A stretch of DNA of 64,000 bases, taken from positions 248,001-312,000 of IMG/VR virus record IMGVR_UViG_3300041411_000080, one strand, 5' to 3'. Each line of letters opens with the position of its first letter. The first letter of the stretch is position 1. The translations under genes and the position numbers were made by a program. Shown one piece after another: positions 8,302 to 17,331 of the stretch. Below the pieces are notes generated by a model. It did not search any database and was not told the origin of the DNA. It worked only from the letters and a program-made list of their open reading frames with translations.

Positions 8302-8309
8302 ATTACACC

Positions 8310-8771
8310 TTAAGGAATTATTGGAGCGTCAGTACTAAGTAAAACCCGGAGGACTCTGTTTTCATAGCCTAGTACTTGCACAGTATTTATTTTCCTAGCT
8401 TGGAATTGTATTCTACGTAGCACAACTCCAATCTCTTCATTAAAGGCATCTATTATTAGTTCGACCAATTCATCGTATCGAGCCTTAGTACTGATAACCG
8501 TACCATCGTCATTCATTACACGGCTAATGAACTTACGGGGGTCATGACAATCTAGGTCTTCAACGTGATCAGTCTGGTTGAGCACCGCCGATAGATAAGC
8601 TTCGTCGTAGTAGGCTCTTGTCAGGGAAGGTAGGTTACCTTCGTAATAACGGATAGCGTATTGTAAAGCTGACCCATACTCCTGAACGATGTAGTCGACC
8701 ATCTTCCGGTCATCATTAGGAGATAGGTGCCGGTTGAATCTAGTCGCATCGAAGGTCAGTAGCGTGTTCAT
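8310..8771 (-). CDS. hypothetical protein
   Basis: start placed at MNTLL to limit overlap with upstream gene. Confidence 0.75.
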   Translation of the reverse strand: MNTLLTFDATRFNRHLSPNDDRKMVDYIVQEYGSALQYAIRYYEGNLPSLTRAYYDEAYLSAVLNQTDHVEDLDCHDPRKFISRVMNDDGTVISTKARYDELVELIIDAFNEEIGVVLRRIQFQARKINTVQVLGYENRVLRVLLSTDAPIIP

Positions 8772-9111
8772 CAATTGTCCCGATGACATAGAAGCCATCT
8801 TTGATAGTCCGGGAGTAACGCAAAGACTGTATCGGTCCCGGTACATAGGAACCGATTTCCACCATCTGGGCTTGAACGGCATAAAGCACAGAGTACCCCA
8901 CGGAGTCACCCATGAAGTACTGCTGTACGAATTCGCTATCGTCTAATGAGTGACATCCATTAAACCATTGATACTCAATATAAGCTATCATGGCGTCATT
9001 TATATCACTCACCGATAAACCAACACGATCACCTAATAGTTCAACCAGATGTAGTGATGGCCCGTATACCACTTCCGGGGACAGTCTGATCAGGATATTC
9101 TTTATCATCAT
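8740..9111 (-). CDS. hypothetical protein
   Basis: 123-aa ORF in operon. Confidence 0.7.
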   Translation of the reverse strand: MMIKNILIRLSPEVVYGPSLHLVELLGDRVGLSVSDINDAMIAYIEYQWFNGCHSLDDSEFVQQYFMGDSVGYSVLYAVQAQMVEIGSYVPGPIQSLRYSRTIKDGFYVIGTIDEHATDLRCD

Positions 9112-9508
9112 GATGTTTGATTATCAGATACAGGTCTTCATATTCAGGAGAGGTCACAAAGGAGTGCAGAGCGAGTGTGCCATTGTCCGGCAGGTATGGA
9201 CGTATCGCTTTATGACAGTCAAGCAGATAGGAGACAACGGCTTGTCGGTCATCATCGGAGAGATCCTCTGGTGGTGGATGTTCTTCGTCTGGATCATCAA
9301 GCCTTCTACCAATAAGTTCCTCTGCTGTTTCAGTAATTGTTTCAACATACGTTTCGCCGAGTTCTTTAACTGGGTTGATAACGGCAATCGTAGCGATCGC
9401 GTTTAGGAACTTACCACGGGGTCCGAAGAACCACGAGGCAGTAGCCCAGTGGTCGCTTCCGAACGCTGTTGCATTCCAGTGATCTAATGCAATAAGGATG
9501 GTTTTCAT
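9041..9508 (-). CDS. hypothetical protein
   Basis: 155-aa ORF, ATGA overlap. Confidence 0.75.
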   Translation of the reverse strand: MKTILIALDHWNATAFGSDHWATASWFFGPRGKFLNAIATIAVINPVKELGETYVETITETAEELIGRRLDDPDEEHPPPEDLSDDDRQAVVSYLLDCHKAIRPYLPDNGTLALHSFVTSPEYEDLYLIIKHHDDKEYPDQTVPGSGIRAITTSG

Positions 9509-10563
9509 TGGCTAAGGTTAAGTACCTGTTGGGGACGCTCGATATATAGACGCTCCGCGATTACCCGTTCTTTGTCCGGGAGATAGTCATTACGAATGAA
9601 AGCACGCAGTAGGTCTTCTTCATACTTTTCAGTCAGCGAGGTAAATTGTTTCTTGAAGATAGCCAAGATGTTGGTACCGCGATAGTATTCCAACGTATAG
9701 CTTTCGTCTTTCTTGATACTGCTACCCAGCCAACCCAGACCAAAGGCAATGATCAGTTTCGATACCACATCAGATTGGAACTTCTCAAGATCATGGATGT
9801 TCAACATCTTAAGGAGAATACCACTCATCCGAGGTGCTGCTGTCTGAGCCAGTTCGATCTGAGGGTTAACCTTGATCAGTGTGTCGCAGAAGATTCCAGA
9901 GATGAACTCCGATGGATCAGCAAAGAAGTCCGAGATAACCTTACGCCAGAACGGATCAATCTCCACCATTGGGTTCTGTACGTGTGCCATCAGGGCAGCC
10001 ATGTTACCACCGTAACGTAGTTTGAACTGATTGTACAGATAGTTGATCGGGTTGCAGCAGTTTACAGTTACCACCGCTTCGTCATCAGTACTCAGAGCTT
10101 TCGCTTCTTTGTGGTACTCGGTAATGCGATGGTCTTCACCTTCATGCAATGCAATCAGTGTACCTACCTTAACGGCATTCCAATCCGTCCAGCTACCCAC
10201 AGTTACATACCGGTTGATCTGCAACCCGATTTCATAGACCGCACCTTGGAACAGGCTATGACCTTTAATTTCACGGAACATGTCAGTATGAGCTTTAGTC
10301 AGCTTGTTCTTTGGGATACCCCAGAGAATAGACATGACCATCTCAGCGTTGGCTGGATCACCGAGCTTGTGTTCCAGTAGCGCATCCAGCTCATCACGAA
10401 CGACGAAGTAAAGGATGTTAGTAGCTTCACGTTGAGTGATTGTTTTCAGGCCAAGTTGTGGAGCCGTGAGTGCAAGGTGTTCCACGAGTTGTTTGATGAC
10501 ACCTGCTTGGTCTTGAATTTCAAGCACAATAAAACGTTTAGATCCAGACATTTCTTCTACCAT
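9505..10563 (-). CDS. hypothetical protein
   Basis: 352-aa coupled ORF. Confidence 0.85.
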   Translation of the reverse strand: MVEEMSGSKRFIVLEIQDQAGVIKQLVEHLALTAPQLGLKTITQREATNILYFVVRDELDALLEHKLGDPANAEMVMSILWGIPKNKLTKAHTDMFREIKGHSLFQGAVYEIGLQINRYVTVGSWTDWNAVKVGTLIALHEGEDHRITEYHKEAKALSTDDEAVVTVNCCNPINYLYNQFKLRYGGNMAALMAHVQNPMVEIDPFWRKVISDFFADPSEFISGIFCDTLIKVNPQIELAQTAAPRMSGILLKMLNIHDLEKFQSDVVSKLIIAFGLGWLGSSIKKDESYTLEYYRGTNILAIFKKQFTSLTEKYEEDLLRAFIRNDYLPDKERVIAERLYIERPQQVLNLSQ

Positions 10564-10985
10564 TAATACTTAGGAACTGCGAGGAAGATCGTGTCATTAA
10601 TCCGTTGATAATGAGCGTACATTCCTGCATGTTCGGGTTGGAATATAAGGCATCGGTACAAAGCCGACCAAGCGAGATGACAAGTTTCGAATGCACGTTG
10701 CTCGTCATATGTGATATTTCTCAGGTTACGGTGAACCCAAGTATGTTCGAACGAATTGATAGCCCGACAGATCAGGTCATCGATTACGTTCTCACGGTGC
10801 ACTCGGATCTTTTGGTCTCCTATTGAACCTTGCTTAATAAGGAAGGCATGATCAGGGTTATGACCAATCTCCTTTAAGTATCGCGTCTGTGCGATATGGT
10901 TAATAAAGGATAGATCCAGCAGCGGTAATACGGGACGTATGTCGAAGGTCAACATTACGTGGGGGAGAACAGGCTGGTTATACAT
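10563..10985 (-). CDS. hypothetical protein
   Basis: GAGGA RBS, first gene after promoter variant at 11013. Confidence 0.8.
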   Translation of the reverse strand: MYNQPVLPHVMLTFDIRPVLPLLDLSFINHIAQTRYLKEIGHNPDHAFLIKQGSIGDQKIRVHRENVIDDLICRAINSFEHTWVHRNLRNITYDEQRAFETCHLAWSALYRCLIFQPEHAGMYAHYQRINDTIFLAVPKY

Positions 10986-11012
10986 CAGTGATTCCTCAAT
11001 TCGTACACCATC

Positions 11013-11040
11013 ATGATATAGATTCCAAATAAAATGTATT
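11013..11040 (-). promoter_or_regulatory. early promoter variant
   Basis: TATATCAT core with AT-rich upstream. Confidence 0.5.
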
Positions 11041-11128
11041 AAATGCTTCCCCTCGTATAGTATACCCCTTGCGAGTATTGTTACACGGGCGGGAAGGCCT
11101 CTGAAATGCGATATAGGACGTTTTCGAC

Positions 11129-11959
11129 ATGAGCGCTATCCAATATGCGATTAACTATATCCGACCCCGTATTCCGCGTCAGATTCTGGAACAGGTTTTT
11201 GTTAGTAGTAACAACGCTGACCAGAATGCGATGCTTGCACCTCTAACAGGATGTGGTGCAAACGTCTCTATGGAATACCGGATTCGTGAAGCAGTTATCG
11301 AGTCACGTATTAAACCTGATCTGGAGATCATCGGGGGTACGAAGACATTCATTCCTCTGGACTATCCGGTTCGTGCACAATACGTCGATCCGTATACCAC
11401 TATCTACTACGTCCCAGACGAGTATACCCAAGGTCGTCCGATCGTACAGCTTTACAGTATCCACTTTGGGGTACTGGGTTATCAGAACTCTGGCTATGCC
11501 ATGCACTTTAACGAGTCGTCTATGAACTCTGCTACTCGTCAAGTGTTGGATGCAGCTAAGAAGGTTCCTGTGGCACAGACCAGTTACTTGGGTTTGATTA
11601 ACCACAACTCTTTTATGGTTCGCTTTATCTTCATGCCTTCGGCTACTGCTTTCCTAAGCTGTCGTCTAGGTAACGATGAAGAACTGAACAACATTCGTCA
11701 ACCTAGTTACCCAGCGTTTGCTAAGCTGGTGGAATACGCTGTTCAAGCACACTGCTACAATGAGATGTTCATCAGTATGGGTGAGGCTCAATTGAGTGGT
11801 GGTCAAGAACTCGGTGTGTTCCGTGATAAGATCTACGAGTGGGCTGATGCTAACGAGAAATACGATGAACAACTAAGACGTGTTCAGAAGATCCTTCGTT
11901 GCTTTAATGATCCAGAGGGTAACCGCTCTCATATTCGGACCATCACTGCGAGTCAGTAA
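11129..11959 (+). CDS. conserved virion structural protein (phiKZ gp42-like)
   Basis: [17 protein letters not shown] and LSGGQELG motifs recalled for this family; isolated plus-strand position. Confidence 0.65.
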   Translation: MSAIQYAINYIRPRIPRQILEQVFVSSNNADQNAMLAPLTGCGANVSMEYRIREAVIESRIKPDLEIIGGTKTFIPLDYPVRAQYVDPYTTIYYVPDEYTQGRPIVQLYSIHFGVLGYQNSGYAMHFNESSMNSATRQVLDAAKKVPVAQTSYLGLINHNSFMVRFIFMPSATAFLSCRLGNDEELNNIRQPSYPAFAKLVEYAVQAHCYNEMFISMGEAQLSGGQELGVFRDKIYEWADANEKYDEQLRRVQKILRCFNDPEGNRSHIRTITASQ

Positions 11960-11978
11960 AAAAGAAAGGTCATATTGC

Positions 11979-12005
11979 CCAGCCATCACGGCTGGGCTTT
12001 ATGCT
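11979..12005. terminator. terminator between convergent genes
   Basis: GCCCAGCC-ATCAC-GGCTGGGC-TTTATGC. Confidence 0.75.
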
Positions 12006-12006
12006 G

Positions 12007-12255
12007 TTACTTGACTTCTACGCATTTACGGACAGTGGATACCGTAGACCAACCCATTTTGGAATGCTGAATGATAGCAGTCTCATCAAGGCGTGTACTC
12101 TCGGTTAACGCCCTTGAAGAGTCAGGGTTATTTTGAAGGTGATCGATGTACTTAATACAATCAGCCATCTTACCGGGAACAACTGTCTCAGTGAGGGTAG
12201 CCGATTGCATACCGAATATACCAAACGCCATGGTTACGGTTTTAAGCCAGATCAT
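12007..12255 (-). CDS. small exported-type protein, two Cys
   Basis: hydrophobic N-terminus, C...C pair. Confidence 0.65.
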   Translation of the reverse strand: MIWLKTVTMAFGIFGMQSATLTETVVPGKMADCIKYIDHLQNNPDSSRALTESTRLDETAIIQHSKMGWSTVSTVRKCVEVK

Positions 12256-12482
12256 AGTCCTCTCCCCGCCACTTTATTACAAGCCATGATTTGTTCAGGG
12301 GTAGCTGTACCATGTTCACCAGCCACGGTAGTAATGCAGAACCGGAAAGCAAACTCCGGTGTAGCCTGCCATGCTTTTAACTCAAGTTGCTCTTGCTTCT
12401 TAGCATCGAACTCTTTGCTACTGCAATTGGCGATCGAAGCGATAGCAACAATTGCGAAGGCCCATGGCCAACTAAATTTCAT
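12252..12482 (-). CDS. small membrane/lipoprotein-like protein
   Basis: signal-like N-terminus ending IANC; FCITTVAG...QIMAC motif. Confidence 0.65.
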   Translation of the reverse strand: MKFSWPWAFAIVAIASIANCSSKEFDAKKQEQLELKAWQATPEFAFRFCITTVAGEHGTATPEQIMACNKVAGRGL

Positions 12483-12696
12483 ATCCAGTTTCCTTTTGAC
12501 AAGCTTGCATTTGGTCCAGTGAAGTTACTCCAACTGATCCAGCTTTAGCGCGGATACATCCTCGATAGTTAAGCTCGATTTGGGTTGGTACCGATTTATG
12601 TTCAACAGGCTTATGCCGGATGTCGTATGACAATTTCCCGAAGTACACTGTTGCCCCAATGGCTACCGCTAATGCTAACCCGGTTGTTACTTTCAT
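12472..12696 (-). CDS. small membrane-anchored protein, paralog of 12252-12482
   Basis: N-terminal TM; GCIRAKAG...QMQAC motif. Confidence 0.65.
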   Translation of the reverse strand: MKVTTGLALAVAIGATVYFGKLSYDIRHKPVEHKSVPTQIELNYRGCIRAKAGSVGVTSLDQMQACQKETGYEI

Positions 12697-12777
12697 TCTG
12701 CTTGGTTCTCTTACTTATCTCGAGGAGCAGCTCATAAGCGTCAAACTTAACTTGCTCAATGAGCGCTTTGGTATCCA

Positions 12778-13056
12778 TTAGTTAGACTCTACAGCTTTCT
12801 CTAGCCCGAACAAGATCAGCGACAAGATCGGGGTACTACAGTTAGGGATCACCATACCGTTCAACGTACCATCTTTCTCCAGCATAGCGAAGCCTAGATC
12901 GATGCTCTGACCTTTGACCTTATGCGTCAATCGAATACGTTCGTTATGCCGCTTAACATTGAGGCTATTGAATTGATCCAACGACGTGCAAGTCTCAGGT
13001 AGATCCAGATCCAACCAGTCTCGCATGTTCTTGTGCAGCTGTTCTTTGCGATGCAT
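12778..13056 (-). CDS. hypothetical protein
   Basis: GAGGA RBS, 92 aa. Confidence 0.7.
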   Translation of the reverse strand: MHRKEQLHKNMRDWLDLDLPETCTSLDQFNSLNVKRHNERIRLTHKVKGQSIDLGFAMLEKDGTLNGMVIPNCSTPILSLILFGLEKAVESN

Positions 13057-13065
13057 GCTAAGTCC

Positions 13066-13443
13066 TCACTCGTACCAGATATCTTTCATGGCTTTAACAG
13101 CCAGATCAAAACAGTTTGACATAATGTTTTCATTGTCATCACTTGGTGTATCGAGCAAGCGGACTACACCTTCATCATCGATGAGTTGCGAAAGCTCAAT
13201 TCTGAGACCGCTGCCATCCAGTGGGGTACGTACTACATACACCACTTTGTCACCATTAAGGGCTTCGAAGGTATAGCGTAGGAACAGGTCACCATTCTCA
13301 CCGTCGAGATCCAGACGTTCAAAGGACATTTTCCCCAGAGAACCTTTGTCTACGGTCAAGCCATCGAAGTGGTTACCGTTAACCAAATGGATCTCGATCA
13401 ATGAGGTAAACAGATCATCCCAAAACTTGAGCTTATAGTTCAT
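13066..13443 (-). CDS. hypothetical protein
   Basis: 125-aa ORF in operon. Confidence 0.75.
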   Translation of the reverse strand: MNYKLKFWDDLFTSLIEIHLVNGNHFDGLTVDKGSLGKMSFERLDLDGENGDLFLRYTFEALNGDKVVYVVRTPLDGSGLRIELSQLIDDEGVVRLLDTPSDDNENIMSNCFDLAVKAMKDIWYE

Positions 13444-13888
13444 ATTGAATTTTCCTACGATGGAATAGAAGAGGTTTGGCCCTAAGACCCATGACTAGTT
13501 CAGGTACAACCATTGAAGTTACACATTGCGTGAGATTGCCGGTCTCGAATGGCAGGCGTCTATCAAACTCGGATACCGATTTCAGTTTGATCGGAGTGAG
13601 TGTATGACCACATGCCACGTAATAGCGTTTATAGAACTTCTTATTCAGTCGCTCCTCAATAACAGGATGCGACTGGAACTTAGGTAACTTGATTCGCATC
13701 CCATTAATTTCACGCCAGAGTGGTAGCAGATCGTAATGGACTATTTCTCCGACTTCATAAGCGAAGAGTAATGCCAGTACAGGATCTGGGTTCTCGGCAA
13801 TCTCCCGTATCGTTGTGGTATGGGTTGAAAGTACAAGACCTAAGTCCCCTGCAACGGCACTATCTATCCGTGCTTTGGACTTAGACAT
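13433..13888 (-). CDS. hypothetical protein
   Basis: GAGGTG RBS, 151 aa. Confidence 0.75.
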   Translation of the reverse strand: MSKSKARIDSAVAGDLGLVLSTHTTTIREIAENPDPVLALLFAYEVGEIVHYDLLPLWREINGMRIKLPKFQSHPVIEERLNKKFYKRYYVACGHTLTPIKLKSVSEFDRRLPFETGNLTQCVTSMVVPELVMGLRAKPLLFHRRKIQYEL

Positions 13889-13897
13889 ACTACACCT

Positions 13898-14056
13898 CTA
13901 AAGAGCTGACCCTAGCATCGTTGCTATGGTACATACAACAAAGGACCACTGCCATTTACAGGTAGGGTCGCCCTCCACCCAACATCCGAACCAACAGATG
14001 GCGGTGAAGATCATTCCAATGATTCCCCAGAAAGAGAGGAAATAGGCTAGTGTCAT
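13898..14056 (-). CDS. 52-aa two-TM membrane protein (MTLAYFLSFWG...), not in ORF track
   Basis: fills operon gap, ATGA overlap, two hydrophobic segments. Confidence 0.6.
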   Translation of the reverse strand: MTLAYFLSFWGIIGMIFTAICWFGCWVEGDPTCKWQWSFVVCTIATMLGSAL

Positions 14057-14253
14057 GCTAAACCTTCTGGAAGGATGGCCGGTACAACGTCTTCATTAGT
14101 ACGGGCTGGATTGTTCTTCTCTTTCTCCAGACGCACAGCAAAGTCGCGTTCTACGTTGTGGTAAGCAGCAGACATCTTTTTCATCTGACGCTTGGTCAAA
14201 CGAGTGTCACCTACGATCTGTGCATTGGTACCTTTGAACTTGGTCTTCTTCAT
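14053..14253 (-). CDS. small basic hypothetical protein
   Basis: 66 aa, ATGA overlap. Confidence 0.65.
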   Translation of the reverse strand: MKKTKFKGTNAQIVGDTRLTKRQMKKMSAAYHNVERDFAVRLEKEKNNPARTNEDVVPAILPEGLA

Positions 14254-14711
14254 TTGTTAGCATCCTGTAGGCGTTGTTGAATTTGTGGATGATCAAAGAT
14301 CGCCCGTTTCAAAGTATAGTAGACGTGAGTATTATGCGCATCAAAGAAACCCACGGTGTAGTTCAACGAGAAGTCTCGTTTGTACCCAAGGTAGTCAATC
14401 ATGAACTTTGCACACGCTGGACTACGTGATACACCTGCGGCACAGTGCACCATAATGTCTTCACCCGGATACTTATCCAAGAAGGTGAGGATCTTTATAG
14501 CATCGATATAATCGAATACACGATAGCTATTGTCTGGCGCTTCGGTGACGTCATCACAGAAGATTCGTTGCACGTCTTTGTGGTGGGTACCGAGAGGATA
14601 AGTGTGTCGCTCGTTAGGAGCTAAGCCGTTCCACTCGTTGAAGCTGACCACTGGCACCGGAGGTTCATACGTCTCGGCTGCCCAACAGTTAAGGACAGTT
14701 ACTTTAGCCAT
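14250..14711 (-). CDS. Cys-based (PTP/dual-specificity-type) phosphatase
   Basis: VHCAAGVSRS = CX5R catalytic loop. Confidence 0.85.
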   Translation of the reverse strand: MAKVTVLNCWAAETYEPPVPVVSFNEWNGLAPNERHTYPLGTHHKDVQRIFCDDVTEAPDNSYRVFDYIDAIKILTFLDKYPGEDIMVHCAAGVSRSPACAKFMIDYLGYKRDFSLNYTVGFFDAHNTHVYYTLKRAIFDHPQIQQRLQDANK

Positions 14712-14713
14712 GA

Positions 14714-15031
14714 CTACCTCGCATAGTTTACATTTGGAAGCATTACCAGAGTTTGTTCGTCATCACGGATAATGATATCGAAATTATTATATTGATGACC
14801 ACTGAACAAAGGTAGCTTGAGGGATAACATTACGTTATCAGTGCCTTCGAACTTATGCATGGTGAAATCATCATCGACTCCCCTACCGCCAATAGTGGCA
14901 TGTCCACGGACGACTACTTCACCATCGCCGAGCAGAACGATTGTGTACCGAAGACCCTTCTGGAGGGTAGGTGCTTCAAATACATCAGGGTTGATGTAGT
15001 AAAACCCTTCGCCTCTTTTACAGTTAGACAT
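14714..15031 (-). CDS. hypothetical protein
   Basis: GAGG RBS, 105 aa. Confidence 0.7.
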   Translation of the reverse strand: MSNCKRGEGFYYINPDVFEAPTLQKGLRYTIVLLGDGEVVVRGHATIGGRGVDDDFTMHKFEGTDNVMLSLKLPLFSGHQYNNFDIIIRDDEQTLVMLPNVNYAR

Positions 15032-15049
15032 AGAAACCTCAAATACGGA

Positions 15050-15080
15050 ATAAAGCCCTACCCGAAGGTAGGGCGTTTTA
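15050..15080 (-). terminator. hairpin terminator after phuZ
   Basis: GCCCTACC-TTCG-GGTAGGGC-TTTATT. Confidence 0.8.
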
Positions 15081-15081
15081 T

Positions 15082-16056
15082 TTAGACTACCATGCCATCG
15101 TCATCGATGCTGTCGTCTGGATCGAGCAGCGGGTTACGCTGTACGAACATTGCTTGCTTACGGACTTGTTCGGTGCGGGTATCAGCGATACCCTTCATGA
15201 TTTCCACAACGCCTACGGAGTTGATCACGAAGTGCATTTGGTCATCAGTCACATCGGTATCATCAGCTTTCATAATACCGGCAGTGCGAACGATAGGGTT
15301 ACCGAAAGCGTATTCCTTGGACTCATCCAGATACAGGCTGGCTGTAGCGATTGGTTCAGGGATTGCTTCAGCATCTTTACGGCTGGTCTCGATATGCAGC
15401 TCACATACCTGAGGAGCCAGTTCCTTATGCTTGTCAGTGAACCGTACCCAGTTCGATACGTCATGCACATCAAGACGTACATGATTACCGTTGGTCAGGC
15501 ATACCACACGACGGATGTTCTCTGCGACGCTACGGTTAATAGCATCGAAGGTAATACCGTTTACGTTCGGGGTGTAGTTAACAACGATCGGCAACTTCAT
15601 ACGCATGGAAATGGCTTCAAGCGATTTCATGGTATCGATATCGTTTTGCAGAACCTCAGGAGATTCGGTTGCACCGATTACGAAGCTTACGAACGAAGCA
15701 CCGCGTTGAGCCAATTGGTTGGTGATCAATGGAGCAAGAGTAGAGCCCGAGCCACCACCCAACGAATAACCGAGGATGTAGAAGTCAGCTTCTGGCAGGG
15801 TTGCCATGAAGTCCTTGATCTGATCACGGATCAGAGGCAGGATGTACTTACGGTTCTTACCAGCACCACGAGTACCCTTAGTCAGGAACACGTTGGTTTT
15901 CTTGTGAGCGTCAACCAGGTTCTTGTCGCAGGTATCAACACAGTGGACGTTAGGCAAGTCCACCAAATGGGTAGCGATGTTAAGACCAGCACCACCAGCA
16001 AAGATCAAGCAGGTTTTTACTGGATCAGTGGATTTTTCAAAATCGTAAGGTGTCAT
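15082..16056 (-). CDS. phuZ: phage tubulin PhuZ
   Basis: GGAGLNI (T1), GAGKNR (T3), GGGSGS (T4), LDVHD (T7), acidic C-terminal tail DDDGMVV. Confidence 0.95.
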   Translation of the reverse strand: MTPYDFEKSTDPVKTCLIFAGGAGLNIATHLVDLPNVHCVDTCDKNLVDAHKKTNVFLTKGTRGAGKNRKYILPLIRDQIKDFMATLPEADFYILGYSLGGGSGSTLAPLITNQLAQRGASFVSFVIGATESPEVLQNDIDTMKSLEAISMRMKLPIVVNYTPNVNGITFDAINRSVAENIRRVVCLTNGNHVRLDVHDVSNWVRFTDKHKELAPQVCELHIETSRKDAEAIPEPIATASLYLDESKEYAFGNPIVRTAGIMKADDTDVTDDQMHFVINSVGVVEIMKGIADTRTEQVRKQAMFVQRNPLLDPDDSIDDDGMVV

Positions 16057-16113
16057 CTAGTAAAGCTCCGAGCAATTGATTAGTGAAACATATGGTTCTA
16101 CAACTGAGTAGAC

Positions 16114-16404
16114 TTAAGCCAACAGGTCTACGATTTCAGATCCGTTACGATCTTTCAGGAAACTGGCAAGGTACTCTGCATCGTCCTTCGCCAATGCACC
16201 CAGCTGCCACTTATGTTCTTCGCCCTCGACGATGACTGCACCGCTCTCCGGGCCAGCATTACGAACAATAGCAAGCGCTAGGTTATTAAAACCCTTCAGC
16301 GTATTCACGCCAGTTTCTTTCATCAGCGTATCGATCGATTCCCGATTGAAGCACACTACGGTGTTACGGGAGAAAGCATACTTAATTGGAGATGGAGTAG
16401 TCAC
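16114..16404 (-). CDS. hypothetical protein
   Basis: 96 aa, GAGGA RBS. Confidence 0.7.
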   Translation of the reverse strand: MTTPSPIKYAFSRNTVVCFNRESIDTLMKETGVNTLKGFNNLALAIVRNAGPESGAVIVEGEEHKWQLGALAKDDAEYLASFLKDRNGSEIVDLLA

Positions 16405-16904
16405 GCAGATAGATCCTCGGGGAAGAATTCATAACGAGATTTTACCTTACCATTCATACGTAAGGTGAAGGTCAGTACACGGTGGTTATTGAAACGCTCA
16501 TAGCTGCCGCCATCACGGATGTGAGATTCGATCAGGCTATACATCAACTTAATTTCAATACGGTCTTTATGGTAACCGATATCGTTAAACCAATGTTGAA
16601 TCACAGACCGTGAAGGGATCTTACGGGTAGGATCAATCTCCGGGAGAGTTAGGTTGATGTTGTGCGTAACCAACCCTTCCGAAGTATAGAACGTGAAGAC
16701 CGTACCTTTACCGAACAGCTTGTTGTTCATGGTGTAGAAACCCTTAAGGTCAATACACTCACGAGAGATTCGTTCGATCTCACGAGCTTGATGGTTAGTC
16801 AATGGAATACCATCTAGATGACATGCTTCCAACAACTGGCCCATATCAATCACTGTGGTCATTGCACCCAAAGCTTCAACCATTACATCTGGTTTAACGG
16901 ACAT
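16401..16904 (-). CDS. hypothetical protein
   Basis: start MSVKP with AGGAG RBS. Confidence 0.75.
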   Translation of the reverse strand: MSVKPDVMVEALGAMTTVIDMGQLLEACHLDGIPLTNHQAREIERISRECIDLKGFYTMNNKLFGKGTVFTFYTSEGLVTHNINLTLPEIDPTRKIPSRSVIQHWFNDIGYHKDRIEIKLMYSLIESHIRDGGSYERFNNHRVLTFTLRMNGKVKSRYEFFPEDLSA

Positions 16905-17052
16905 CCGTAGTCTCCTCTTCTTTAGGGGTTTCGATCGACAGTCGGGAGAACTTAGTGCCCACGGTAAGGACCACTTGCTTACCCGCGTCAATAGCGTCTT
17001 GCAGATCGGCGTTCAGATTACTATGCTTTTGATTAGTTTTGAAAGTTGGCAC
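16894..17052 (-). CDS. 52-aa hypothetical protein (GTG start, PTFKTNQKHS...), not in ORF track
   Basis: AAGGA upstream; fills operon gap. Confidence 0.5.
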   Translation of the reverse strand: MPTFKTNQKHSNLNADLQDAIDAGKQVVLTVGTKFSRLSIETPKEEETTDVR

Positions 17053-17320
17053 GGCATGAATTTCCTTGATTAAAGAATGGGTCGCTAGCGATTTGAAGTG
17101 CGATGGTTTGCAAAGGATTCTTAACTAGGCCGCCGGTGGTATGGGCAGCGTAACTAACCGATTGACTGCGTGCAGTTACAATGGCTTCAATCTTGGCTTT
17201 GAGAGCGAGTAACTCGTCAGTGCGTAGAAGACCGAGTGAAGAATCACTGTAACTCTGTTTACCACACGTGCAAGGATTATCCCAGCACGCACCACAGTTA
17301 CCTAAAGACAAGTTACTCAT
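17033..17320 (-). CDS. Cys-rich small protein
   Basis: CGACWDNPCTCG putative metal-binding motif; GAGG RBS. Confidence 0.7.
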   Translation of the reverse strand: MSNLSLGNCGACWDNPCTCGKQSYSDSSLGLLRTDELLALKAKIEAIVTARSQSVSYAAHTTGGLVKNPLQTIALQIASDPFFNQGNSCRANFQN

Positions 17321-17331
17321 GTTAATACCTC

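Noticed and set aside
16900-16991. MTRVSKW start as another RISKGK-family member
   Set aside because: It relies on an upstream TTG overlapping another probable ORF; the RBS supports the MSVKP start and the GK residues are missing.
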